A stretch of 64,000 nucleotides of DNA from Octopus sinensis. Lineage: Eukaryota. The notes under the pieces are model-generated. The model saw nothing but the letters and a program-made list of their open reading frames with translations. It made no database searches and was not told the DNA's origin. This document shows positions 52,502-64,000 of this stretch, piece by piece. The number at the start of each line of letters is the position of its first letter. The stretch's first letter is position 1. A program made the translations under genes and the position numbers. Location: assembly GCF_006345805.1 (NCBI RefSeq), contig NC_043001.1, positions 115,878,001 through 115,942,000 of the forward strand. Direction: 5' to 3'.

Positions 52502-52585
52502 TTTTCTACATATGTTTCAAAGGCTGCAAAGTCCCTAATTCGGATTGAATAAGGAGACCATTTTGCAGCCTTCTCTTCAGGAAAA
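52502..52585 (-). ncRNA. Minimal type-I hammerhead ribozyme motif (GUA cleavage triplet)
   Basis: Minus strand: ttttc-CTGAAGA-G-aaggctgcaaa...tttgcagcctt-T-GAAA-C-atat-GTA-gaaaa; perfect 11-bp stem II, 5-bp stem I, palindromic stem III loop. Confidence 0.78.
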
Positions 52586-52678
52586 TCCAGGAACTTAATT
52601 CTCCAACAAAATGCACAGCATGCTTTTCGACAAACGCTCACGAGGAGCCCATGGGATAACTGGCACAAAACTGTCTAT

Positions 52679-52726
<48 letters not shown>

Positions 52727-52742
52727 ATGCACATGCGTGCGT

Positions 52743-52782
<40 letters not shown>

Positions 52783-52799
52783 ATCTGTACGTACATATA

Positions 52800-53345
52800 T
52801 TCGTCATAGAAGGGCTGAAGGCCCTCTTGGAGAATAGCATCTTCTATCATTCTTTGGCATGAAAGTATAGAAAAACCTAACTGATTTCAAGCTCTTATAA
52901 ATGGACTTGATATAAACATTCAGTTTACGATGGAATATAGCCATCAACAACTTCAATTCCTCGACATCCTCTTTACGAAATTCAACATCAAAATAGAAAC
53001 AGATATATACGATAAGCCCAAGGACTCGAACCAATAACTTCTGTTTAACTCATGCCAGTCCAGACAATCTACAATGAATATCCCCTTCAACCTAGTAAAA
53101 AAGGATTTGTACTATAGTCTCTAATACAAACATCAGAGACATACGGCTACGTGAACTAAAGGATACATTCATTACCAGGAATTACCCACCACCACAAACT
53201 GATATAGGCTTTTAATGTGCCCTACAACTCGTTTAGTAAGGGAATGTGCCGGAGAATTGTGCCGAAGACTTCATTATTAAGGGAGTTGTGTGTGGACATG
53301 TATGGTAGGGCTATTTCTTCAATATCCTTCTTTAATTTGGGATTA
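52800..53345 (+). mobile_element. Decayed Penelope-like RT/thumb fragment with its last ~130 bp inverted
   Basis: Plus strand: NIQFTMEYSHQQLQFLDILF...IETDIYR and RLRELKDTFITRNYP. 53216-53345 reads on the minus strand as IALPYMSTHNSLNNEVF, the expected downstream PLE linker. Confidence 0.75.
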
Positions 53346-53414
53346 ATTCTTCTTCTTCTTCTTCTTCTTCTTCTTCTTCTTCTTCTTCTTCTTCTTCTTC
53401 TTCTTCTTCTTCTC

Positions 53415-55850
53415 TTGGCGGCGGTGTACTGCAACTGGCAGCAAAACGAGAGCATTCCTGGTTTTGTGAGCCGAGGAGCCGTAACACTGCTGAAGAAAGA
53501 TCTAAACAAGGGAAATGTAATAGATAACTTTAGGCCCATCACTCTGCTTAATGCAGACTTGAAAATTTTGGCCAAGGTGCTAGCCAAGAAGTTGGCGCTT
53601 GTCATCGAGAAACTGGTCGACAAGGCGCAAACATGCGCCGTGCCGGGCCGGACCATCCATGTAACCTCCACCTGATACGCTACATCATAGACAGGGTAGT
53701 TAACGAACCTGGCATGGATGGGGCGCTGATCAATTTGGATCAATCGAAAGCTTTCGAAAGGGTACACCATCGATACTTGGAGGCGGTCCTCAGAGCGGCT
53801 GGCTTCGGTCCCGTCTTCTGCGGCTGGATAGCCGCCTTGTACAGAGGCATCCGTTCGGTAATTCGCGTAAATGGACATCTATCGAGACCCTTCGACATCG
53901 CACGTTCGGTCCGTCAGGGATACCCCCTCTCGTCCCTTCTATACGTATTGACTCTCGAGTCATTATTGCGGAAGCTGGCAACTTTGAGGGGCATCCCGTG
54001 AGAACTGGGATGCGGGACGAGCGTGTCTGCATACGCGGACGACGTCACCGTCATAGTGTCTAGCCACGAGCACATCGAGCAGGTCGGCGAGACGCTGAAA
54101 AACTACGAAGCGGTGACAGGAGCGAAAATCAACCGGGAAAAGTCAGTGGGCTTGCGACTAGGCACCTGGGGAAGCAAGCCCATGCCGTCCACCAGCGCCT
54201 CCGTCGTGGGACGCTGGCCCGACGGCCCGGTTGAGTTGCTCGGGGTCTGGTTTGGTCCGGACCTCCAAGTGGAGAAGAACTGGAACGAGATAACGAGTAG
54301 GATGGTCACTCTCGCCCGGCAATGGGCTGAGAGGAAACTGTCCCTAAAAGGTCGGGCGGAGGTTGCGAACACGTACATCGCGTCCGTCATCTACTACCGC
54401 CTGACCGTCGTACCTTGTCCCGACCCTACCACCACCAAACTACAACGCATTCTCTTTCGCTTCTTGTGGAAAGGATGCGTCCCGATGGTCAGGCGATCCA
54501 ATTGCTGTCGACACCCGTTAAAAGGAGGACTGGGCATGCCGTGGTTGATGATGCGCAGTCACGCGCTGAGACTGCGACATCTCTGGCTCTATGTAGACGA
54601 CGGTGAACAGGTGTGGTCGCCGTTTGTGAGGCACGCTTTCCCGCAGCTCGTCTCCATGACCGAACTGCAGTCGTGGATCAAAAAGAGGCCGAGGAAGGGC
54701 GAATGGCACCGCGAGTGTCGCGTTGCTCTCAAGCAACTCTGCCGTCCTGGCTCTACCTTGAGTGACTTCAACACAACCAAAGCATTCTATAGGGGATTAG
54801 AGGAGGGGAGGTACGACGCCGAGCTCGGGGCGAACCTGGACGTCGACGAGGAGTACCTGACCCGACTGTTCGGGACGACTTTCAGGCCAGGACCCATGGA
54901 CAACTTCCAGAGATCCCTGGCCTGGCAGTGCTACCGAGAAGCGCTACCCGTTCGGGATAAGCTCTACAGACACGGCTCGAGAAACACGGGGCCGACCTGC
55001 CCGAGATGCGGTCAGAGCGACGAAACAGTTCTGCACGCACTCGTGCAGTGTCCAACAATTTCGACCTGTGGGCTTATGTCGAACAACTGCTGTCACGTGT
55101 GGGACGAGTCGGTTTATCAGCTGAGTCTATCGTCAATATTGTCACGCCTCCTTCCTTCAAACGGGAAGGAAGAGCTATTTTCATCATCCTTGTGGCTATG
55201 GCGAAAGAATGTATCTGGTGGACGCGTCTGAAAGGATTGGAGCCAAACACTTTCCTCTCTGGTCAATCTCTCATCAACTTCTTCAAGTACCACTTGAAAA
55301 GGAAAGTGAGAGTAGAGAGGCAAGTTTTGTCTAGCGAATGTTTTAAAAAAAGATGGGTGAATGTAGCAAGGATGGCACGTATGAATGACGAAGCCACCTT
55401 GAGCATAATCCTATGAACCCAGAAATTGAAAACAGAGGGTTACCCACTTGCAAACAAATGTGGTAACGTATAACAATATTGACCAAGGTTACCGTGGTCT
55501 TTTTCGTAGGCTTTTCTTCCCACGGATAAACCTTACTTGCTTTCCCCTTTATACCATATATCATAACACTGTGATACACGATCCCTATTGATCGTTCTTT
55601 TTTTCCTCTTCCCCTTTTTCTTCTTTTTTCATTTCTCTTTTCTTTTGTTCCTTTTCCTTTTCTTTTTTTCTTTTTTTATTTTATTTTTTATTTCTTTTTG
55701 TTCTTTTCTTCCCTCTTACGATCCCTCTTGATCGAAAACCTACGCCACCCGTTTTTTTTTTTTTGTTTTTTGTTTTTTTCATCCCTCAAAAGAAAAGCTC
55801 TACCTTGTAACTTTCCCATCTTTGTGCAGCCCTGTGTGGCCAATAAAGAA
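53415..55850 (+). mobile_element. Tx1/L1-clade LINE, 5'-truncated, RT plus C-terminal zinc finger, several frameshifts
   Basis: NFRPITLLNADLKILAK; LDQSKAF; SVRQGYPLS; AYADD; CPRCGQSDETVLHALVQC; T-rich 3' UTR and aataaa near 55840. Confidence 0.93.
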
Positions 55851-56704
55851 ACTTACCTACCTACCTACTTACCTACTTACCTACTTACCTACCTACTTAC
55901 CTATCTAACTACTTACCTACCTACCTTCCTACCTACCTTCCTACCTACCTACCTACCTACCTACCTATCTACCTTCCAACCTACCTACCTACCTACCTAC
56001 CTACCTACCTATTACCTACCTACCTACCTTCCTACCTACCTATCTACCTACCTACCTTCCTACCTACCTACCTACCTACTTACCTTCCTACCTACCTACC
56101 TTCCTACCTACCTACCTACCTACCTACTTACCTATCTACCTACCTACCTACGTACTTACCTACCTTTCTTCCTACCTACCTACCTACCTACCTACCTACC
56201 TTCCTACCTACCTACCTTCCTACCTACCTACCCACTTACCTACCTTTCTACCTACTTACTTACCTACCTACCTACTTACCTACCTTCCTACCTACCTAAC
56301 TACCTACCTTCATACCTACCTACCTTCTTACCTACCTTTCTACCTACTTACATACCTACCTACTTAACTATCTATCAACCTACCTTCCTTCCTACCTACC
56401 TACCTACCTACCTTCCTACCTATCTACCTACCTACTTCCTACCTACCTACCTTCCTACCTACCTACTTACCTACCTACCTACCTACTTACTTACCTACTT
56501 ACCTACTTACCTACCAACTTACCTAGCTACCTACCTACTTACGTACCTACCTACCTACCTTCCTACCTACCTTCCTACCTACCTACCTACCTATCTACTA
56601 ACCTACCTACCTACTTTCCTACCTACCTACCTACCTTCCTACCTACCTACCTACCTACCTTCCTACCTTCCTACCTACCTACCAACCTACCTACCTACCT
56701 ACCA
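55851..56704. repeat. Degenerate (CCTA)n tetranucleotide microsatellite, ~850 bp
   Basis: Direct reading. Confidence 0.98.
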
Positions 56705-58362
56705 AACTACCGAGCCTTCACAAAAGTAAAAGAGAGAGTGACAGAAAAAAGGACAATGTCTCTTCTTTTGAAAACTATGAAAATATTTAAAAAACATTTC
56801 ATTTACTAAAATGTTCTTCATGAGAAAATTATTTTAGCACTTTCTACCTTGTATTAGTTTCCTTATATATATCGATTCGTGTGTTACTTTTCAACATTCT
56901 ACACACGCGCGCACACTTACACACACGCACATAATCAAATACAAAGAAAACCGGTTCCTCTGTAGGAATGTAGACATCCTACTTACCCTGGTTTGGCAAT
57001 TAATACCTAATATAGCAGAGGAAAATTTTTCACAATTATTAATTAGGTAGAAATTACTAAAAGTACAAAAAGAAAGCTATTATTAAAGGGGTAACCGTCT
57101 GGAAATATTTTTATAAATTCATGTTATAAGAAATTTCTTATAATTTCAATTTCTCAAGTTTCTTGGATTTTTTAAACTCTAATTTCTCGTATATTTAAAT
57201 ATCCATTTCATTCAATGGGGAGTATTCTATTTTTTTTCCAAAGCCCCACTTTCTCTTTTAATGTTTTCATTTCAAATTTTAATTCAATATTTGGGAAACC
57301 GGCAATTTATTCTAGTATCTATACGTATTGTAAAAACATTATTGAATGAAAATTTTAAAAGAAACACGTATAAGTATAGTAAAAACATTTAAATGTGATT
57401 TTGTTGTTATTGCTGTTTGGAATGCTATAAGCCTTACAATAATAACTATTTTGTCCATTTTTCATTTCCACTTTCACATGTATTGATGTTTTTTCAATAT
57501 TATTCTCTCGTGAAATACATTTTATGGAATGATGATGCCGAAGTAACACACTTGTTGTCCATTGGTGTAAGAAAAATAACAAAATAAACTGTAAACTAAA
57601 TTTTTACCCCCACCGTTGCTTTGAAACCATTGACAAAACTTCGTGCGACATCACTTTTGTGAAGTTTTGTCAGCGAACAGGTTGCAGTTTCAAAGCAACG
57701 AAAATATTTTGAGGCAAATTAAATTTAAATGTTAAAGTGAAACTATCGGTTTTTGTGTGTTCTTGAATGGCTTACAAATATCTTCCACGCTGCAATTGTT
57801 TTTGCTTCAGCACACGATCTCAGATCAAGTCACTTGCTATGCAAGCACATCTCCCTAACTTGAAAAAATCTCCGGAGTGGGCTTATGAGGGAGAAAGGTG
57901 ATAAAAAAGAGTTTTCAAAACCTATTCATACAAAGCTGTTCTCCGCAACCCTATCATGTCAAAGGCTGCACTTATAAAAAAAAGGTGCAAATCCACGAAA
58001 AACATTTCCCCCAAAATTTGTTTTAAATCGTTATCTATGTCGTTTGAAAGGGATTTGTATAAAATTTCATTAAAAGTTACGAGGGAAAAAATCAGATCGT
58101 GTGACTTTTTCAAAATTCGTCTCTCCACCCCCTCGAAAAAATTCCTTCCAGTAAATCGCTGTATACTCTGAAGCCACAACATTTAAGCGGTATTTGTAGA
58201 AAATTTTTACTGATATTTTTCTGGATGCTGGGAAGCAACAAAGTAGGGGGCGTATACATCTGTAGTAATGCCCTTTTATTTACACGATTTTTCATTTCAT
58301 GTTCATTTCATTCATTGTTTGCAATGTTCTCTCTCTCTCTCTATCTCCCTCTCCCTCTCTCT

Positions 58363-58394
<32 letters not shown>

Positions 58395-58672
58395 TGGAAT
58401 CAAGCACCACGTCATGAAGGAAAAGAGAGCACTTTTGGCGAGTGACCAAAATATTGGTTAGAAAGCTGAATGCCTGGAACATAATTTCGGCGATAAACTC
58501 GCACGCAGTCGCAGTAGTTCGGAATGATGCTGGAAAACTGAAGTGGACAGAGGAGAAGCTAAAGGAGTTGGACAGGAAATCAAGAAAGGTCCTAACGATG
58601 TATGGAGCCAATCATCCACGTGCAGGCATTGATAGCCGATACACGAAGAGAGCGACAGGAAGAAAGGGAATG
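58395..58672 (+). mobile_element. R4/Dong-like RT thumb fragment
   Basis: KLNAWNIISAINSHAVAVV...KLKELDRKSRKVLTMYGANHPRAGID...GRKGM parallels ELNARNKVLAINSLAVPVV...HHPKADVDRLY...GGRGL at 37508-39057. Confidence 0.8.
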
Positions 58673-58676
58673 ATAA

Positions 58677-58744
<68 letters not shown>

Positions 58745-59024
58745 TATATATATATAAATTATTTTGAGTGAATAAAATCCAAACTTACACAGGAAAAATT
58801 CAATTAGAAATACTAGATCAAATTTCACACAATATAATAATATATATAAAGAGAATAGAAAAAAACCCACCTTTTATCAATTCAAAATGATCAATTAAAT
58901 ACACCATCTAGAAAATTACATATAACAGAAATATAAAAAATAAATAACAATTAAATGTCAATGCTTAAGTAAATTGCAAATAATAATAATAATAAAAACG
59001 TATATAATAGGTAGAATAAGAATA

Positions 59025-59055
<31 letters not shown>

Positions 59056-60495
59056 GTATTTTAAGTGTATATGTGATTATGAATGTATATTTTTATCTAT
59101 GTATGTGGGTTTTATGTGCATCTATGACGTGTGTCTCATTTATAAACGCAGCGATTATTTTCTATATCAATCCATAGGCTGGACCAAATCCCTCGTATTT
59201 CGTTTGATTTTTAAAAAGTTCAACGAATATAAAATCCCCGCTGAGAACATATCAAGAGCCGTGAGTAGATATTGCCCTCTCTCTCTTTCTCCGTACACAG
59301 ACGCGCGTGCGCGCACACATATGCACTGAACATGCGCACACATGCATACACATACACACTCTCACGCACACATACACACACACACACACACATGCATATT
59401 TTATAGAAGAAATGTGAAACGTCAAATAAATAGTGAGGTTTCATCATGAAATTCAGACAATCAAACTCCATTTACTGATTGTAAAACTATTACATAAAAC
59501 TTTCTTTTTAACTTACCGAATTTTGCTGGTCAATAAAAAGACTGTTCTATCCACTATTTTGTCTTTATTATTCCGTCTTATAATTTCCGATTCTGACAGT
59601 AAATAAAATCCTACTCAAATATTCACTACCCTCGTGTTTACACACACACACACACACACACACATAAGAACATATGTAATCACACACTTCCTTTTGGTAA
59701 TATTTTTCTTCTCAACATTTTCGTTTTCCTTTCTGACAAAGATATGCTCGGAACATTAAAAACCCTCTCATTTCCCCCACTTTACCGAGTGTCAAGCTAA
59801 TATATTTATATATAATTATATTCTCAAACGCAGGATAATGCTAATAGTATAGCATGAACAGGATAAAGCATTCACCTGTTGCCGAAAACTCTGTCGGCGG
59901 CCAGTTTACGCGTCTTATAAAGCTAGATGTATATAGCCTAAATTTGCAGAAGTATTTGTCGTTCACGCAGTTTAGCTTAATGGTAAAGCACTTAAAGCGT
60001 AATCACAGGGGTGTGAGTTGTAGTCACATAGCTGGCAGCCGACAGATTTTTCTGCAAATTATGGATATTTCATCCGGTTCACGTTATATCATTAGCATTA
60101 TCCTACGTTTCAGAATAATATTATTTCTTTATTTTTCAATACATCTCAACGCTTTTAAATCGAACTTAATTTCTTGAATTTAATGTATGTATATATATAT
60201 ATATATATATATACATCCGGCTTTTGCAGATGGAGCATGACCTTTCAACCGCGACGGGAACATTTAGAGTTGAAGACTGTGGGTAAGCAAATGCTTCTAA
60301 CACATTTATTCAAATTTATTTGGTTTTGTTCCAAACATTCGATTTTATCGCATGTATTATACGTCACAATAGTCAACAGTGTTGTACTTGTGACCCACAA
60401 TATACTAATTCATACATTCAATGAAATGCTTAAATGTTTTATCAATGTTTTATTATACAAAGGACTAACAAACCCATATAAAGATACAGAGAGAA

Positions 60496-60576
<81 letters not shown>

Positions 60577-60632
60577 TATATACATATACATACATACCTA
60601 TATATATATATATATATATATATGCATACATA

Positions 60633-60684
<52 letters not shown>

Positions 60685-60692
60685 TACATACC

Positions 60693-60763
<71 letters not shown>

Positions 60764-61211
60764 TATACATACGCATTGAGTCGAAACAGGGCAGCTGAAG
60801 AAGGGGAATGTTCCTCGTATTGTTTGTCTTGTACTCTGTTTTTTCGTTGTTGAAAAAAGTCCGTTTCCTTGTTTGATTTTATGTTTTCTTTTCTCGTTGT
60901 GTTCTACGTTTATTTGTGGTATCCTGTACTCATATATGCATGTATATATATACATATAGATGTAGGTATGTACATATATGTATGTATGCATATGTTTTAT
61001 TCATTAAATTGTTGTATATATATGTATATATATATATACATACATATGCATACACACATATATATACACACATATATGGGTGTGTATATATATAAATTGA
61101 GGTGGGTATCGGCAATTTGAAACCAACAAGGAAATAATTCACAGTCACTAAGTGTGAAAAGAGTGCAGTGAGCACCAGCATTATTAGAAATATTAGTCAT
61201 AGACTCCTTAG

Positions 61212-61553
61212 TGAAGGCGCATGGCTCAGTGGTTAGAGCGTCGAGCTTACGATCGTGAGGTTGTGAGCTCGAATCCCGGACCGGGCTGCGTGTTGTGTTC
61301 TTGAGCAAGGCACTTTATTTCACGTTGCTCCAGTTCACTCAACTGTAGAAATGAGTTGCGACGTCACAGGTGCCAAGCTGTATCGGCCTTTGTCTTTCCC
61401 TTGGATAACACTGGTGGCGTGGAGAGGGGAGGCCGGTATGCATGGCGACTGTGGTCTTCCATAAACAACTAGCCCGGACTTGTGTCTAGGAGGGTAACTT
61501 TCTAGGTGCAATCCCATGGTCATTCATGACCGAAGGGGTCTTTACCTTACCCT
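61212..61553 (+). mobile_element. Full-length tRNA-derived SINE with 12-bp TSD
   Basis: A box tggctcagtggtt, B box gctcgaatcc, core gtgttgtgttcttgagcaaggcacttta, (TTTACC)-like tail; TSD tagactccttag at 61200-61211 and 61554-61565. Confidence 0.92.
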
Positions 61554-61838
61554 TAGACTCCTTAGCCACAAAAAGACATGGTCTTTGCATTGACAGTGGG
61601 GAGAACATTCCCCACGGTAAGCCAGATGGATTAGATTAGCATGGTAATTTCTTATAGGAAGTTAATACTCATCAGCAATGCTCACTCAATTACGGCTGGT
61701 GAAGGCTAACTCACGCCTCTCAGTATCATTGAGAATGCCATAGGAATTAGGGATTGATTTCACAAAATGGCAATGTGAAGATTATAAAATATTTAAGGTA
61801 GCTAACACACAATTTAAAACCAACGAGGGGTAATTGTA

Positions 61839-61879
<41 letters not shown>

Positions 61880-61891
61880 AAGTGTATTTAA

Positions 61892-61961
<70 letters not shown>

Positions 61962-62513
61962 TATATAAAGTGTATTTAAAGATATATGCAGGGAGTGAAG
62001 ACCTTCATGGGGATTTCTAGTGGACGAATATATTCTTAAGACCAACTTTAGTCACCGCTTGTAGTTCTAGCCTTCTTCACTAATTCTGTTCTCAACCATA
62101 CTGAATGCGGTTATTTTAGCTATGATGATCCAATCCTTAGCTATATTTGAATATAGTGATAGAAAGCGATGTGAAAGAGAGTGGTGATGGTGGTGGAGGT
62201 GAAAGTGATGAAAAGTATTGATGGTGATGGCGTCAGAAGTCTGGATGGCGTGTGTATGGCAGATATGGTGGTGATGGTGGTGGTACTGTTGATTATCATG
62301 AAGCTTTGCAATAAGTTCCGAGTCGACAAATTATATCATTGGTTTGATGAAAATTGTTCATTGCTTGAGAAATATTCATGTTTCACGAAACTTAATATGT
62401 ACTCAATGCATGGTGTCATTGTTGGACCCAAGGATTAACAGGGCAGCTTTTAAACGAATGTATATATATATATATATATATAAGCGAGAAAGAAGCAACA
62501 AGAATGGATAGGT

Positions 62514-62605
62514 TTTTAGTACAATCGTTTCATACAAGGACAGGCTTTATTAAAAGTTGTAAAAATTACAGCATATAAACGTGTCCCGTAACTCATCAGC
62601 TAAAA
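62514..62605 (-). ncRNA. Degenerate minimal type-I hammerhead ribozyme motif
   Basis: Minus strand: ttttag-CTGATGA-G-ttacgggaca...tgtccttgta-T-GAAA-C-gatt-GTA-ctaaaa; core and 6-bp stem I intact, stem II imperfect. Confidence 0.62.
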
Positions 62606-64000
62606 TACATGTGAGTTCTCTAGACACCCTAGTGGTTGAGGCTATACTCATGAAGTAATGTAGATAATTAAGTAACATAAACAGATTCCAAAGTTCATAA
62701 AGTTCTTTAAAGATGATGTACAGTCTTATCACAGAATTTTAAAAAAGTTCTAATAGCATCACAGAGAAGGTGACCTATTCCATAGAGCACACATGAAATT
62801 CCAGAGATATGATGAGGGATTACATACTCACAGAAGACAAATTTATCCATTGTAATCACAACGAGGTGGGTCTCAATTCCTGCTTATTAGCATTACAGAG
62901 AGGGTGAATTAATCCTTTGTATAGATGCACAATTTCCAATGGTTTAGATGTAAGTTTCCAGAGAAATGAAGAGGAATCTCATATTCACAGGCGATAAATT
63001 TATCAATGGTTGAACACAATGAGGTAGGTATCAAAACTTGTTATATGATTAGGTATTTGCTACATTAATCACATTACTGCTATTTACAAGAGGCTGTAGC
63101 TATTTAACTTTTAAAGGCTGAAGGGCTTTCTAGAGAGGCAAGAATAGAAAGGGAAGGGAATAGTAGAAAGAGAGAAAATAAAGGAGGAGGGAGCAAAAAA
63201 AAGGGGGGGAAGGGGACTAAAAGAGAAGAGAAAAGGAAAAAGAGAATAAGAAGAAGAAACAGAAAAAAGAGAAAGAGAAAGAAATGGGAAAGAAGGGAAA
63301 AAATAAAAATAAAAAAGAGGGTTCTAGTTATACAGACGAATTAGTAGACGGCAAGTCTGGTTTTAATTTACAGGCATCTAGGAACTAGAGGAGAATATTA
63401 TTCTTTGGCCAGTAAAAACAGCTAATTTTTGCTGTTGAAATCAGCTATGAATTTAAAGAGAATCTAAAGAGATAACACAGTCAGGGGTTTAGGGGTCAGA
63501 TGCTAAAATCAAAAGAAAATACATTAGGAAAATCTAAGTATAATCTTATCAAAAAGTCAATAAAACTTACTTATTTAATTTATTCATTTTATTGTCTTAA
63601 GGAGTTGCCGTTATTATTCATACATTGACGGACTACAGGTCAAATCTTAGAAGATCATTTACAAGGTGTTAGGGGATTGTCTATCATAATGAAGATAATC
63701 ATATTATCACCGAGGGGGTAGCCTTATTTATTTAATTTTGAAATAGAATTATGGGGCTATAGTATCTCATTTTATTTATTAGAGTTATGCTACTTAAATT
63801 AGATTAAGTTAGGAATTAAAATTAAAATTACTATTAAGATTTAAAATTAAGAATTTAAAAATTATGAGTTTGAAATTAAATAAAGCCTCAATTAAGCAGC
63901 GTATAAGTACTATTCATTTCCCTGTTCTCAAAAAACTGATGCAGATATAAGGAAAAAGATAACTGTAGTGTGAGAACTCTCAGTTATCTACTTAAAGCAG

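Noticed and set aside
55698-56729. 343-aa TYLP-repeat ORF
   Set aside because: (CCTA)n microsatellite translation; no domain content.
56978-57030. Strong minus-strand donor (CAGG|gtaagtag) with a possible 20-nt micro-exon (GINCQTR)
   Set aside because: Isolated, with no partner exons found; expected by chance in 64 kb.
60780-60830. cgaaac...ctgaaga motif
   Set aside because: Order and spacing cannot form hammerhead stems I and III.
61212-61290. tRNA-like sequence
   Set aside because: Head of a SINE: continues into the SINE core and tail and is bounded by a 12-bp TSD.
61602-61630. 20-nt ag/gt-bounded segment as the next exon of the LRR-LU gene
   Set aside because: Too short and unsupported; no downstream exon of the gene could be identified in the window.

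Overview
AT-rich, microsatellite-dense eukaryotic DNA. The SINE, Penelope and Dong content suggests a coleoid cephalopod (octopus-like); this is inferred, not proven. Almost all long ORFs in the supplied track are microsatellite translations. The real gene is missed by the ORF track: a + strand, multi-exon gene (13128-52295, open at both ends) for a putative extracellular leucine-rich-repeat protein. It has 19 single-LRR exon copies, all phase 2-2: 14 of the 72-bp class and 5 of an atypical 87-bp class, with four copies carrying indels. Eighteen of them lie in a ~20-kb mosaic tandem array of exon+intron cassettes separated by long degenerate (CTT)n tracts. These are followed by an LRRCT exon and two exons encoding a 12-Cys Ly6/uPAR (three-finger)-like domain, with compatible splice phases throughout. 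Variation between exon copies falls mostly on predicted concave-face LRR positions, and some exons look chimeric. The rest is transposon-derived: one mariner, three Tx1/L1-like LINE pieces, a same-strand pile-up of R4/Dong LINEs in (TAA)n tracts inside one intron, tRNA-derived SINEs with TSDs, and Penelope-like fragments. Four minimal type-I hammerhead ribozyme motifs are present, two of them in a ~600-bp-arm palindrome.
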